A stretch of DNA of 24,000 bases from Nitrosophilus kaiyonis (lineage in GTDB: Bacteria; Campylobacterota; Campylobacteria; Campylobacterales; Nitratiruptoraceae). Shown in pieces: positions 1 to 10,216 of this stretch (position 1 is its first letter; every line of letters begins with the position of its first letter). The notes beneath the pieces were generated by a model, which was not told the DNA's origin, made no database searches, and saw only the letters and a program-made list of their open reading frames with translations. The stretch covers positions 535,293-559,292 of the forward strand of contig NZ_AP025696.1 of the NCBI RefSeq assembly GCF_027943725.1, written 5' to 3'. Both the position numbers and the translations under genes were made by a program.

Positions 1-1388
1 AAGATATCGGCCTTATGCCTCAAGGTATAGGCCTTGTCCTTTATGATACATTAACAGTTAAAGAGCATCTTGACTTTTTTGCAGATATAAGATCTATAAA
101 AAAAGATAACAGTTTTTTTTCTTATCGCCAAAGACTTCTTGAAATGGCAGGCCTTGCAGAATTTACAAATAGAGTTGCAAGAAACTTAAGTGGCGGTATG
201 CGCCAAAAACTATCTCTAATTTGTACTCTTTTACACCGCCCAAAACTCTTGATTTTAGATGAACCAACAACAGGAGTTGATCCTCTAAGCAGATTAGAAC
301 TTTGGAAAATTTTAGATGATATTAGAAAAGAAGAAGGTACAGTCATTCTTGTAAGTACTGCTTATATGCAAGAGGCACAAAAAATGGATAAAGTTCTTCT
401 TTTTGATGATTCACAAATAATTGCAAGAGGAAAACCTCAAAATTTGGTTGATTCAATTGCCCCTTTTGTATATGATAAATTTGATTGTAAAGATTGTTTA
501 AATATTCATAAAAAAAGTTACTCTCTAACTCCCCTTGAAATGCCTCACGCCAAAGCTTCGCTTGAAGATATATTTTTTGTTAATGCACTTAAAAAAAACA
601 AAACTATTCCAAAAATTGAAATTGAAGATAGAAAAAGAAAAATAGATATCCCTCCTATAGTTATGGAAGCAAAATCTCTTACAAAAAAATTTGGAGAATT
701 TATAGCAAATGACCATATCGATTTAAAATTAAAAAGAGGTGAAATTCTTGGCCTTCTTGGAGCAAATGGAGCAGGAAAAACAACTTTTATCAAAATGCTT
801 TTGGGTCTTTATAAAATAGATGAAGGAGAGTTAAAACTTCTTGGAAAGAGTATAAAAAGCGGTAAAGATCGTCAAGAGTTAAAAGCAAAAATCGGTTATG
901 TTTCACAACGTTTTGCTCTTTATAATGATATGACTGTAAGAGAAAACCTTATATATTTTGCAAATATGCATAAAATAGATGCATTGAAAGCTATGAAAAA
1001 AATTAATCGATATGCAAAAGAGCTTGGATTTGAAGAGTATTTGGATGATTTTCCATCAATATTGCCATTAGGAGTAAATCAGCGTTTCTCGGTAGCTGCC
1101 GCACTTTTACATGAGCCTGTTGTTCTTTTTTTAGATGAACCGACAAGTGGAGTTGACGCAATTGCAAGAGCGCAGTTTTGGGAGATTTTAAGAGAACTAA
1201 AAAATAGATGGAATATTTCAATTCTTATAACAACACACTATATGAGCGAAGCTGAATTTTGCGATAGGGTTGCAGTACTTAAAAGAGGCAAAAAAATTGT
1301 TGATGACACTGTAGATAACCTTTATAAAAAGCATCCAAATGCTAAAAGTTTTGAAGATATATTTCTCTACTACTATAGGACAAAATAA
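1..1388 (+). CDS. ABC transporter ATP-binding protein with two tandem ATPase cassettes (YbhF-like), 5'-truncated by window edge
   Basis: The reading frame is open to the window start (in frame from nt 3: DIGLMPQG...). The first cassette has the ABC signature LSGGMRQK and Walker B LLILDEPTTGVD. The second, complete cassette has Walker A GANGAGKTT, Walker B LFLDEPTSGVD and H-loop TTHYM. A tandem ATPase followed by two ABC-2 permeases resembles the YbhF-YbhS-YbhR arrangement. Confidence 0.9.
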   Translation, partial: DIGLMPQGIGLVLYDTLTVKEHLDFFADIRSIKKDNSFFSYRQRLLEMAGLAEFTNRVARNLSGGMRQKLSLICTLLHRPKLLILDEPTTGVDPLSRLELWKILDDIRKEEGTVILVSTAYMQEAQKMDKVLLFDDSQIIARGKPQNLVDSIAPFVYDKFDCKDCLNIHKKSYSLTPLEMPHAKASLEDIFFVNALKKNKTIPKIEIEDRKRKIDIPPIVMEAKSLTKKFGEFIANDHIDLKLKRGEILGLLGANGAGKTTFIKMLLGLYKIDEGELKLLGKSIKSGKDRQELKAKIGYVSQRFALYNDMTVRENLIYFANMHKIDALKAMKKINRYAKELGFEEYLDDFPSILPLGVNQRFSVAAALLHEPVVLFLDEPTSGVDAIARAQFWEILRELKNRWNISILITTHYMSEAEFCDRVAVLKRGKKIVDDTVDNLYKKHPNAKSFEDIFLYYYRTK

Positions 1389-2503
1389 TGAAAATAAGAA
1401 CAATAAAAGCCTATATAAAAAAAGAGTTTACTGAGCTATTTAGAACTAAACTTATCATAATGGTCTATCTAATGCCTGCAATGGTCCTTTTTCTTTTTGG
1501 ATATGGAATAAGAATGGAAGTAACTGGCGCGAGATTATTAATTTTAGATAATGATAATAGTAAATATTCAAAAGAACTAATTAGCAAATTTGAACACTCA
1601 AAATATTTTAATCCGAAAATCTCTTATTTAAGTGAACAAAAAGCGCTAAAATTAATAAAAAAGGCAAAAATCGATGCTTTGCTTATAATTCCAAGCTCTT
1701 TTGAAAGAAGGCTCTTGCATAATCAAAAAAGTGAGCTAGGAATTTTTGTAGATGGATCTTTTCCTATGCGAGCAATGACAATTGAGGGATATATTGAAGG
1801 AGTTATATTAAATGCCGCAAGGGATATTGCATCAAAGATAGGACAAAAACCTCAAATCTTAATCAATCAAAGAAATCTTTTTAATCAAGCCATGCGTGAT
1901 GAAGATGCTATAGTTCCTGGACTTATTGGTCTTGTTTTATTGATTGCTCCAGCAATTTTATCTGCTCTTTTGATTGTTAAAGAGAAAGAAAAGGGTACAA
2001 TTTTTAACTTTTATGCATCTCCATTGAAAAAGAGCGAATTTTTAGCAGCAAAACTAATTCCAGTATTTTTACTCCACTCTATAAATATATTCACTCTTTT
2101 TTTAATAGCTATTTATATTTTTAATCTTCCTTTTCGTGGAAATTTTTTCCTATATTGGTTTGTAAGTGAAATATATATTTTAATAAGCTTATCCATTGGT
2201 CTTTTAATATCTGTAATAACAAAAAGACAAATTGTAGCAGTTGTATTGACAGTAATTGTCACAATTATTCCTGGATTTTTATATTCCGGAATTATAATGC
2301 CAATCTCCTCAATGAAGGGAGAATCCTATATTGAGGCCCATCTTTTTCCAGTTATGTATTATAATCATATAATTTATGATACCTTTTTAATTGGACAAGG
2401 ATTAGACTCCTTAAAAATAGTTTTTTACCTTTTTATATTGATTCTGTTTTTTCTTTTCTATTTTTTAACAGGTGTTTTTCTTCTTAAAAAGGAGATGCGT
2501 TGA
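1388..2503 (+). CDS. ABC-2 type transporter permease (YbhS/YbhR-like)
   Basis: Its start overlaps the upstream ATPase stop as TAATG (1386-1390). The protein has an N-terminal TM helix, a long extracytoplasmic loop and a cluster of C-terminal TM helices, which is the typical ABC-2 permease topology. Confidence 0.8.
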   Translation: MKIRTIKAYIKKEFTELFRTKLIIMVYLMPAMVLFLFGYGIRMEVTGARLLILDNDNSKYSKELISKFEHSKYFNPKISYLSEQKALKLIKKAKIDALLIIPSSFERRLLHNQKSELGIFVDGSFPMRAMTIEGYIEGVILNAARDIASKIGQKPQILINQRNLFNQAMRDEDAIVPGLIGLVLLIAPAILSALLIVKEKEKGTIFNFYASPLKKSEFLAAKLIPVFLLHSINIFTLFLIAIYIFNLPFRGNFFLYWFVSEIYILISLSIGLLISVITKRQIVAVVLTVIVTIIPGFLYSGIIMPISSMKGESYIEAHLFPVMYYNHIIYDTFLIGQGLDSLKIVFYLFILILFFLFYFLTGVFLLKKEMR

Positions 2504-3579
2504 AAGCCTTTTTATTTACTTTTAGTAAAGAAATTCTAACTTTTTTACGCTCAACAATGCTTGTTTTAGTAGTGCTTTACTCTTTTACTCTGGATGTTTA
2601 TATTGCCGGGGCTGGAATTGAGGTAAAACCAAGAAATGTAGCAATTGGTTATGTTGATGAGACAGGTGGAGGAATAAGCCAAAAGATACTCTCAAAACTT
2701 CATACTCCAGAATTTAAAATACCAAAACGTTTTTTATCCCAAAAAGAGTTAAGCAAAGCAATTTTTAACAAAGAGATAACTGTTGGTATTATTTTTGATA
2801 GAGAATTTGCAATAAATTATGCTCAAAAAAAACCTGCAACAATTAATCTTTTACTTGATGCCACAGCTGCAGCGCAAAGTTTTATAACCCTTACATACTT
2901 GCAAAATATTGTTCTTGATTTTCAAAACATTAACCTTCCACTAATATTAAAAACTCATAAACTTTTTAATCAAAATGCAAATACTCATATGTTCATCTCT
3001 TTGACTGAGCTTTTGTCTGTTATTACTCTTTTAATTGTTATTTTAACTGCGGTTGTTTTTGTAAAAGAGAAAGAGGATGGCACTTGGGATATTATGCTTT
3101 TAATGCCAGTAGATGCTAAAATAACAATATTGGCAAAAACTATCTCTCAAGTTGTAATTGTATTGGCTGGCAGTGTAATATCTGTTGGACTTGTGGTTAT
3201 TTCAGCCTTTGATACTCCGCTCAATGGCTCATTTTGGGCATTTATACTTCTTACATTTCTTTATGCTTTTAGCAGTGCAGGAATTGGGCTTTTTGTTGCA
3301 GCAGTCTCTAAAACAGTTATGCAAGTAGCACAACTTTCAATTATCATCATGATGCCGCTTATCTTTCTAAGCGGGGCTTGGACTCCAATATATGCAATGC
3401 ACCCTATTTTGCAAAAATTATCACTTCTTTCTCCTCTTAGATATTATATAGAAGGAAGTGAAAGCATCTTTTTTAGAGGTACATCTTTTATTGATTTATG
3501 GCCATATTTTACTGGAGTTACAATATTGGGACTTATATTATATATTTATGGATTTAGAAAAATTGGTAAACTATTTTAA
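2500..3579 (+). CDS. ABC-2 type transporter permease, second subunit (YbhR/YbhS-like)
   Basis: A TTG start at 2500 is preceded by AAGGAG (2488-2493) at 5-nt spacing and overlaps the upstream stop (TTGA). Topology matches the preceding permease: one N-terminal TM, a large loop, then multiple C-terminal TMs. Confidence 0.8.
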   Translation: MKAFLFTFSKEILTFLRSTMLVLVVLYSFTLDVYIAGAGIEVKPRNVAIGYVDETGGGISQKILSKLHTPEFKIPKRFLSQKELSKAIFNKEITVGIIFDREFAINYAQKKPATINLLLDATAAAQSFITLTYLQNIVLDFQNINLPLILKTHKLFNQNANTHMFISLTELLSVITLLIVILTAVVFVKEKEDGTWDIMLLMPVDAKITILAKTISQVVIVLAGSVISVGLVVISAFDTPLNGSFWAFILLTFLYAFSSAGIGLFVAAVSKTVMQVAQLSIIIMMPLIFLSGAWTPIYAMHPILQKLSLLSPLRYYIEGSESIFFRGTSFIDLWPYFTGVTILGLILYIYGFRKIGKLF

Positions 3580-3604
3580 TTTTTCAGATAATTAAAGGAA
3601 TAAT

Positions 3605-4252
3605 ATGACTGATACATATTTTTATACATTTTTACATGATATTATCGCACTTATAACTATCATTAATCCAATAGCTGCGGCAAGTATTATGATATCAATG
3701 ATTACTCCTCCAACTTCAACAAATATAATCCCTGTTGCAAAAAAAGCAACTGCAGTTGTATTTATCGCATCTTTATTAACACTTTTTTTGGGAGAATATC
3801 TGTTTAAATTTTTTGGAATAAATCTGCTTTCAATAAAAGTAATTGGAGGTACAATTTTAATGCTCATTGCAATCAATATGGCATACGGTCATCCAACTAA
3901 AGCAAGACATACACCAGAAGAGAATGAAGAAGCTCAAGAAAAAGATGACATATCAATCATTCCTTTAGGTATTCCTATACTGTTTGGACCAGGTTTAATT
4001 GCCACAATAATTGTATTAAATCATAATAACACTACTCAATTTAACTCAATTATCTCTTATTTAATATTATCATTAGCTATTTTTATCTCATCATTAATCA
4101 CATATTTAATTCTTAAATATGCAGGATTTATAAATAAAGCATTAGGCATTACAGGAATTAAAATATTAACTAGAATTATGGGATTAATTGTAGGTGCAAT
4201 TGCTTCTCAATTTCTTATAAGTGGTATTAAAGGATTATGGATGAGTAGTTAA
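3605..4252 (+). CDS. MarC family (UPF0056) integral membrane protein
   Basis: A 215-aa multi-TM protein. The segments ALITIINPIAA near the N-terminus and IIPLGIPILFGPGLIAT in the centre match conserved MarC-family motifs as I remember them. AAAGGA lies upstream of the ATG. Confidence 0.7.
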   Translation: MTDTYFYTFLHDIIALITIINPIAAASIMISMITPPTSTNIIPVAKKATAVVFIASLLTLFLGEYLFKFFGINLLSIKVIGGTILMLIAINMAYGHPTKARHTPEENEEAQEKDDISIIPLGIPILFGPGLIATIIVLNHNNTTQFNSIISYLILSLAIFISSLITYLILKYAGFINKALGITGIKILTRIMGLIVGAIASQFLISGIKGLWMSS

Positions 4253-4312
4253 ACAATTTTATATTTTTTTTAAAATGATTTGATATCATAATCAAAAAAA
4301 GAGAAAAAGAGA

Positions 4313-5632
4313 ATGAATATAATCATAGCTGGTGCAGGACAAGTTGGCTTTAGACTTGCAAAAAATTTATCTATTAAGCACAATATACATATTATAGATA
4401 AAAATAAAGATGCATTAAGTAGGCTTTCTGAATCTTTAGATGTTATGCCAATTTTTGGTAATATAGAAGACCCCGATACTTTCAAATCTCTCATTGATAG
4501 TAAGTTTGATATATTTATAGCAGTAACTGACAATGATGAAGCAAATATTTTATCAACTTTGATTGCTGATGATATTATAGATGTTGAAAAAAAGATCATA
4601 AGGCTTAGAAATCCATATTTTGCAAAAAGCTCAATTTCTAAAAAATTAAATATTAATGAGGCAGTTTTCCCTTTTGTTTTAGCCGCAAAATCTATAAAAT
4701 CTCTAATTGATTTTCCAAAAGCAAATAATATAAAAGATTTCATTTTTTCTCCATATAAATTAGTATCCCTCCAGATAACAGAACCTCAAATTACAGAAAT
4801 TTCAAAAATTATTTCACAAAAAATTGTAGTTGTTGGTATAGAAAGAGAGAAAAGATTTTTTATTCCAAATGAAAATGAAAAACTGCAAGAAAACGATCTT
4901 GTTTATATTTTTGGAGATGAAAAAGAAATAAAAAATATCTGTCAAATTTTAAACAAAAAAGCCCCTAAAGAGATTAAAAAAATAGCAATTTTTGGAGCCA
5001 ACCTTTTAGGAATAGAGATAGCAAAAGTTTTTTTAGAAAAAAAAGTTGATATTAAGATTATAGAAAAAGATGAAAATCTTTGCAAAAAAGCCTCAGAAGC
5101 TCTACAAGATAAAGCAATGATAATAAATAGCAAATATATTGAACATACAATATATGAAGAGGAAAATATTAAAAACGCAGATATGGTCATTTCAACAAGC
5201 AATGATGATGAAGACAATATCATTAGATGTTTAGAGGCTAAAGAGTATAATGTTAAAAAAACTGTTGCTATAAATAATAATATAGAGTTTTATAATCTAA
5301 TGCATAAACTAGGAATCATAGCAGTTAGAGGACCAAAAACAAGTGCATATTATTCTATTTTGGAAAAGATAGGCTCAAGTAATATTATTACCGAAAAACA
5401 TTTTTGTGGTGGAAGAGGAACAATATTTATGAGAAAAATTTTTCCAAATTCACCATTGATTGGCAAAACAATTAAGCCTTTAAAAATGGAAGATTCTCTT
5501 CTGTTTTTTATAAGAGATGGAATAATAAAAAAATTTGACCATAAAATAGAATTAAAAGAGGCTGATATTATAGTTGTATTTTTAAAATCATATCTTGAAG
5601 GAAAAATAAACAGGTGGATATCCAATCTATAA
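4313..5632 (+). CDS. trkA: Trk system K+ uptake protein TrkA (tandem NAD-binding KTN/RCK domains)
   Basis: There are two Rossmann glycine motifs, IIIAGAGQVGFRLAKNL at the N-terminus and IAIFGANLLGIEIAKVF near residue 225, each followed by a TrkA_C-like segment. The gene overlaps the downstream trkH. Confidence 0.9.
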   Translation: MNIIIAGAGQVGFRLAKNLSIKHNIHIIDKNKDALSRLSESLDVMPIFGNIEDPDTFKSLIDSKFDIFIAVTDNDEANILSTLIADDIIDVEKKIIRLRNPYFAKSSISKKLNINEAVFPFVLAAKSIKSLIDFPKANNIKDFIFSPYKLVSLQITEPQITEISKIISQKIVVVGIEREKRFFIPNENEKLQENDLVYIFGDEKEIKNICQILNKKAPKEIKKIAIFGANLLGIEIAKVFLEKKVDIKIIEKDENLCKKASEALQDKAMIINSKYIEHTIYEEENIKNADMVISTSNDDEDNIIRCLEAKEYNVKKTVAINNNIEFYNLMHKLGIIAVRGPKTSAYYSILEKIGSSNIITEKHFCGGRGTIFMRKIFPNSPLIGKTIKPLKMEDSLLFFIRDGIIKKFDHKIELKEADIIVVFLKSYLEGKINRWISNL

Positions 5633-7068
5633 AAAATATTCTAAAATTCATCTCAGCAATAGGAATTGGCGTATCAATTTTTTTTATAATTCCTTTATTA
5701 ACCGGTTTAGTTTATAATGAACCTATAAAAAAATATATTATTTTTAATCTTATTTTTTTAGGAATAAATTTTTTAATTTTCTCTTTTTTATCAAAACACC
5801 ATTTTAAAATGAATATAAAAGAGAGTATTTTTGCTGTTAATCTTGTATGGATACTTTTAGGAATCGGCGGCGGTATAGCCTTACACATAACTTCTAATAT
5901 CTCTTTTGCTGATAGTTTTTTTGAAGCAATTAGTGGATTTACAACTACCGGAGCAACAATATACAGTGATATAGAGAGTTTAAGTAAAACTACTTTAATG
6001 CTAAGAAGCCTATTTCACTGGCTTGGAGGAATGGGAATAATAGTTCTTGGTGTTGGACTATTAACTCTTATAAATCCAACAGGCTCTTTAACTCTTTTTA
6101 AAGCTGAGGCAACTGGAATAAATGTCGAAAAATTAACTCCAAAAATAAAAGATACTGCAATAAGATTATGGGGAATATATCTTCTTTTAACTATATGTGA
6201 TATTTTTTTATTGTATATAGGGGGAATGAGCCTTTTTGATGCTATAAATCACGCTTTTTCAACAATATCAACTGGTGGTTTTTCTACTATGAATGATAGT
6301 TTAGGCCATTGGAGAAATAACTATTTTATATTATGGGTAACCACAATTTTTATGTTTTTAAGTGGAATAAACTTTTTAGCACATTTGAGAATTTTTCATA
6401 AAGATTTTAGTGGATATCTCAGTGAAGAGGTAAAATGGTATACAATAATTTTTTTAATACTTGCAATATCTTTAACAGCTGTTCACTTTTATATAGGAAA
6501 AGACACTATTTTTCATTCAGCAACACATGCTTTTTTTACAATATCTTCAATCCTTACAACAACAGGTTTTGCATCAACTGATTATTCAAAATGGTCTCAA
6601 ATTGCAGTATCTCTTATTTTTTTAGCAATGTTTGTAGGAGGGAATGCCGGAAGTACTGCTGGAGGCGTTAAGGTAATAAGATATGTAGTCCTTTTTAAAA
6701 ATCTTTTTGCACAAATTAAACAAAATCTTCACCCTAATGCTGTTATTGGAGTTTATATTGATAAAAATAGAATAACAAGTAAAATATTGAATAGCGTAAG
6801 TGGTTTTTTTCTGCTTTTTGTTATAATTAATATATTTTTGACACTTTTTTTATATGCAAAAGGATATGATTTTTTAACCTCATTTTCTGCATCAATTGCA
6901 TGTATTGGAAATATTGGCCCTGGTTTTGGACATGTAGGACCTGCTGATAATTTCTCTTTTTTTAGTGATTTTGAAAAAGTAGTTTTATCTATTTTTATGA
7001 TTATTGGAAGATTAGAATTTTATACATTTGTTATTCTTTTTTCAAAAGAGTTTTGGAAAAAATTTTAA
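5614..7068 (+). CDS. trkH: Trk system K+ uptake protein TrkH (membrane subunit)
   Basis: A GTG start at 5614 overlaps the trkA end by 19 nt. The protein is polytopic and carries four pore-loop glycine motifs (TTTGAT, STGGFS, TTTGFAS, GNIGPGFG) characteristic of the TrkH/KtrB family. Confidence 0.9.
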   Translation: MDIQSIKNILKFISAIGIGVSIFFIIPLLTGLVYNEPIKKYIIFNLIFLGINFLIFSFLSKHHFKMNIKESIFAVNLVWILLGIGGGIALHITSNISFADSFFEAISGFTTTGATIYSDIESLSKTTLMLRSLFHWLGGMGIIVLGVGLLTLINPTGSLTLFKAEATGINVEKLTPKIKDTAIRLWGIYLLLTICDIFLLYIGGMSLFDAINHAFSTISTGGFSTMNDSLGHWRNNYFILWVTTIFMFLSGINFLAHLRIFHKDFSGYLSEEVKWYTIIFLILAISLTAVHFYIGKDTIFHSATHAFFTISSILTTTGFASTDYSKWSQIAVSLIFLAMFVGGNAGSTAGGVKVIRYVVLFKNLFAQIKQNLHPNAVIGVYIDKNRITSKILNSVSGFFLLFVIINIFLTLFLYAKGYDFLTSFSASIACIGNIGPGFGHVGPADNFSFFSDFEKVVLSIFMIIGRLEFYTFVILFSKEFWKKF

Positions 7069-7074
7069 AATAGT

Positions 7075-7398
7075 TTAAAAATTTATTATATTTTTTCTTC
7101 CAGGCTGTTCTATCTTTACATCTTTTTTCTTTATATAATAAAAATCTCCAGTTTTTAAAAACTCAATTTGAATAAATCCATCTTTCTCTTTTATATCTAA
7201 TCTTGCTTTTACTTTTTCTTTTGGATAAAAAACTCTGCATCCCCTTTTTATAATTTCTAAATTTACATCTTCTCCTTTTTTTGCAAGAGAAGTTATAGCC
7301 TTTATATCTTTTAAATCAGGACACCCTACGCTTGTATTGATAATAGTATCAGCCAAAAGTATAAATGGCAATAAAATAAAAACAACCTTTTTCATCAT
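7075..7398 (-). CDS. small secreted hypothetical protein (signal peptide)
   Basis: The 107-aa ORF begins MMKKVVFILLPFILLA, a typical signal peptide, and the mature part is charged with two Cys. A weak AAGG SD lies 5 nt upstream. I recognise no family. Confidence 0.5.
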   Translation of the reverse strand: MMKKVVFILLPFILLADTIINTSVGCPDLKDIKAITSLAKKGEDVNLEIIKRGCRVFYPKEKVKARLDIKEKDGFIQIEFLKTGDFYYIKKKDVKIEQPGRKNIINF

Positions 7399-7459
7399 AA
7401 ATGCCTTTAAGTTAACTATATTATAATTAAATATAGCATATTTTTCTTAAAGGCAAGAT

Positions 7460-8218
7460 ATGAATAAAAAAGAGTATAAAAAAACACTGTACTATCTACA
7501 AGTTGAACTTGTAAAATTTCAAAGCCATGTTATAAAAGAAGATATTAAAGTTTGTACAATTTTTGAAGGACGCGATGCCGCGGGGAAAGATGGAACTATA
7601 AAAAGATTTACTGAACATTTAAGCCCAAGAGATACAAGAGTTGTTGCATTAAGTAAACCTACTGAACTTGATAAAAAATATTGGTACTTTCAAAGATATA
7701 TCCACTATCTTCCTCGTGGGGGTGAGATGGTATTTTTCAATAGAAGCTGGTATAACAGGGCTGGAGTTGAAAAAGTTATGGGATTTTGCACACAAGAGCA
7801 GTATGAAAAATTTATGGAAGAGGTGCCAAATTTTGAACATTTAATAGTTCATGATGGAATGAAATTTACAAAATATTATCTTGATATTACAAAAGAAGAG
7901 CAAAAAAGAAGGCTTGATGAGAGAAAAAAAGATCCTTTAAAACAATGGAAGATAAGTCCTATAGATAAACTGGCTCAAAAACTTTGGAAAGAGTATTCAT
8001 TAGCAAGAGATGAGATGTTTGCCCGCACACATTTTGCATTTGCTCCATGGTTTGTTATTAAAGCAGATGATAAGAAAGAAGCAAGAATTAATTGTATAAA
8101 ACACTTTTTAAGCAGACAAGACTATCCAAAAAAAGATGAAAAACTACTTGTATATGATCCCAATATAGTATGTGAATTTGACAAAAGTTGCTATGAAAAA
8201 GGACTTATTGCCCCATAA
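7460..8218 (+). CDS. ppk2: polyphosphate kinase 2 family protein (single-domain PPK2), paralogue A
   Basis: Carries the PPK2 P-loop FEGRDAAGKDGTIKR, then FNRSWYNR and LKQWKISPID lid-region motifs. At 252 aa its size fits a one-domain PPK2. Confidence 0.9.
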   Translation: MNKKEYKKTLYYLQVELVKFQSHVIKEDIKVCTIFEGRDAAGKDGTIKRFTEHLSPRDTRVVALSKPTELDKKYWYFQRYIHYLPRGGEMVFFNRSWYNRAGVEKVMGFCTQEQYEKFMEEVPNFEHLIVHDGMKFTKYYLDITKEEQKRRLDERKKDPLKQWKISPIDKLAQKLWKEYSLARDEMFARTHFAFAPWFVIKADDKKEARINCIKHFLSRQDYPKKDEKLLVYDPNIVCEFDKSCYEKGLIAP

Positions 8219-8228
8219 AGGAGAAAAT

Positions 8229-8543
8229 ATGCACATTGAAAAATATATGTTTAAATATATTGATGCCATAAATGAAGAAAATTTTAAAGAGGCAGTTGAA
8301 ATATTGCAAGATAGCCTTAATTTTTGCAATGATGAGAGCTCTTTTGTTATAAAAGGCTTCATAGATGCTGCCAAAACATTAGATGCTCTAAAATATGGAG
8401 ATTTTGATATTGTTGAGGATTTATGGCTCTCTTATGAAAAGAGCAAAAGTAAAATCACACCCAAAAATAGATACTATTCTATTTTTTTAGAGATGAGTTT
8501 AATTGTAGAAGATATAAAAGAGTACTATGAAAGGATCATATAA
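8229..8543 (+). CDS. hypothetical protein (104 aa, predicted all-helical)
   Basis: I chose the ATG at 8229 because AAGGAG (8218-8223) sits 5 nt upstream. The track start at 8172 would overlap ppk2. The stop overlaps the next gene's start (TAATG at 8541-8545). No family recognised. Confidence 0.55.
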   Translation: MHIEKYMFKYIDAINEENFKEAVEILQDSLNFCNDESSFVIKGFIDAAKTLDALKYGDFDIVEDLWLSYEKSKSKITPKNRYYSIFLEMSLIVEDIKEYYERII

Positions 8544-9133
8544 TGATTGTAGATTTTGAAAATATATCTTTTAGTGATAGATATAAAATAATGAGTCACT
8601 CTATTATTCCAAGGCCTATTGCATGGATTGTTACAGAAAATGAAACTTTAAATATTGCTCCATTTAGCTATTTTTCAGCTTTAAGTTCAAATCCTGCTAC
8701 TTTAATCGTTTCTATTGGTCACAAAAAAGATGGCTCTTTAAAAGACACTTTAAAAAATATTCTTCAAACAAAAAAATGCACTATCTCTTTGGTCTCACCT
8801 GATCTTTTAGAAAAGATGCATCTATCATCAAAAGAGCTGCCTTATAATGTTAGTGAAGCTGATGTTTTTGATATAAAAACAGAAAAAATATTTAAAGAGT
8901 TTCCACCTATGATAAAAGATTCTCCAGCATCATTTTTTTGCAATTTTTATCAAAAAATTGATTTAGATGATAGTAAAACTATTCCTGTGATTTTAGAGAT
9001 TAAAAAATATTTTGTTAATGATAAATTTGTAAGTGATCCTCAAAAATATTATATTGAACTTGAACTTATTGCAAGAGTTGGAAAAGAGTATGCTTTATGC
9101 AATAAAAAAATAGAACCTCCTAAAATAACTTAA
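8543..9133 (+). CDS. flavin reductase-like domain protein (FMN-binding split-barrel family)
   Basis: The N-terminal segment YKIMSHSIIPRPIAWIVT...NIAPFSYF is the characteristic start of flavin reductase-like (NADH:FMN oxidoreductase, DIM6/NTAB) domains. The 196-aa size fits. Confidence 0.7.
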   Translation: MIVDFENISFSDRYKIMSHSIIPRPIAWIVTENETLNIAPFSYFSALSSNPATLIVSIGHKKDGSLKDTLKNILQTKKCTISLVSPDLLEKMHLSSKELPYNVSEADVFDIKTEKIFKEFPPMIKDSPASFFCNFYQKIDLDDSKTIPVILEIKKYFVNDKFVSDPQKYYIELELIARVGKEYALCNKKIEPPKIT

Positions 9134-9146
9134 ATTTTTTTTATTA

Positions 9147-9155
9147 TGGTATAAT
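9147..9155 (+). promoter_or_regulatory. candidate extended -10 promoter element TGGTATAAT for the radical SAM gene
   Basis: TGnTATAAT lies 36 nt upstream of the ATG at 9191, is preceded by a T-run, and is followed by SD AAGGAG (9180-9185). Extended -10 promoters without a clear -35 are typical of Campylobacterota. Confidence 0.4.
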
Positions 9156-9190
9156 ATATTATATATGAAAGCTTTACAAAAGGAGAAAAG

Positions 9191-10216
9191 ATGGTAGCTG
9201 ATGCATGGCTTAGCAAAGAGCTTAAAGATGGAAAAGTGGTATGTTTAGCATGTGCTCATGCATGTAAATTAGAGCCTGGCGAGTATGGAAAATGTGGAGT
9301 AAGAGTAAATCAAGATGGAAAACTAAAATCCACCGTATATGGCCTTGCTGCAGCTGCCCATATTGATCCAGTTGAGAAAAAGCCTCTATTTCATTTTTTA
9401 CCAAATTCTAAAGTTTTTTCTATAGGTACGGTGGGCTGCAACTTTTGTTGTCAATTTTGCCAAAATTGGGAGATAAGTCAGCATCCTCAAACACACAATT
9501 TTGAAGTATTTGGTGAAGAACTTATGCCTGAAACCATTGTAAAGTTAGCTCTTGAGACTGGATGCAAATCTGTCGCATATACATATAATGAACCAATTGT
9601 ATATTTTGAATATACATACGATACTGCAAAACTAGCGAAAGAAAAAGGTTTAAAAAATATATATGTAACAAGCGGATTTGAAACAAGAAAGGCTATTGAT
9701 GAGCTTGCTCCTTATATAGATGCCATGAATATAGATATTAAATTTTTTAAGGATGAAAGCTATCAAAAAATAAGCTGTGCAAGATTAAAACCAGTACTCG
9801 AAGCAATAAAATACGCCCATAAAAAGGGTATTTGGATAGAAACAACAACGCTTATAATTCCAGGTATCAATGATAGTGATGAAGAGTTAAGAGATATTGC
9901 AAAATTTCAAGCAGATGTTGATCCAAATATGCCTTGGCACATATCAAGGTTCCATCCAGATTATAAAATGCTTGATAGGCCCCCTACTCCAATTGAAACT
10001 TTAAGAAGAGCTTATGAGATAGGTAAAGAAGAGGGATTAAAATATATATATGTAGGAAATTATCCAGATGAAGATAGAGAAAGTACCTATTGTCCAAAAT
10101 GTGGCTTTAAAGTAATTGATAGATATGGCTATATTGGAGAGATTGTACATAACCATTTAACTGAAGATGGAAACTGTCCAAAATGTGGAACACATATTCC
10201 AGGAGTATGGAAATAA
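9191..10216 (+). CDS. AmmeMemoRadiSam-system-type radical SAM enzyme (PFL-activase-like)
   Basis: CX3CX2C radical SAM motif CNFCCQFC (residues 83-90, nt 9437-9460). N-terminal Cys cluster CLACAHAC...GKCGVR. C-terminal CPKC...CPKC zinc ribbon ending PGVW. The overall pattern matches the AmmeMemoRadiSam radical SAM family as I remember it. Confidence 0.8.
   Translation: MVADAWLSKELKDGKVVCLACAHACKLEPGEYGKCGVRVNQDGKLKSTVYGLAAAAHIDPVEKKPLFHFLPNSKVFSIGTVGCNFCCQFCQNWEISQHPQTHNFEVFGEELMPETIVKLALETGCKSVAYTYNEPIVYFEYTYDTAKLAKEKGLKNIYVTSGFETRKAIDELAPYIDAMNIDIKFFKDESYQKISCARLKPVLEAIKYAHKKGIWIETTTLIIPGINDSDEELRDIAKFQADVDPNMPWHISRFHPDYKMLDRPPTPIETLRRAYEIGKEEGLKYIYVGNYPDEDRESTYCPKCGFKVIDRYGYIGEIVHNHLTEDGNCPKCGTHIPGVWK

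Noticed and set aside
4281-4288. Perfect 8-bp palindrome tgatatca upstream of trkA as a possible operator
   Set aside because: It is short and AT-rich and its flanks do not extend the symmetry cleanly. Chance occurrence is likely and no known K+-responsive operator motif is recognisable.
4270-4743. 157-aa ORF on the minus strand
   Set aside because: It lies entirely antisense to the well-supported trkA gene and has a low-complexity Ile/Phe/Ser-rich translation typical of shadow ORFs in AT-rich DNA. It has no SD and no recognisable motifs.
7649-7840. 63-aa antisense ORF (MFKIWHLFHKFFILL...) that resembles a second ORF at 13785-14006 (MFNFWYLFHKFFILL...)
   Set aside because: The similarity looked like a conserved small gene pair. 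Both are the reverse complement of the conserved EQYEKFM(E/K)EVP region of the two PPK2 paralogues, so the resemblance is a by-product of PPK2 conservation.
8172-8228. Longer form of the 104-aa hypothetical protein starting at 8172
   Set aside because: It overlaps the ppk2-A C-terminus by 47 nt. The ATG at 8229 has a perfect AAGGAG SD at 5-nt spacing.
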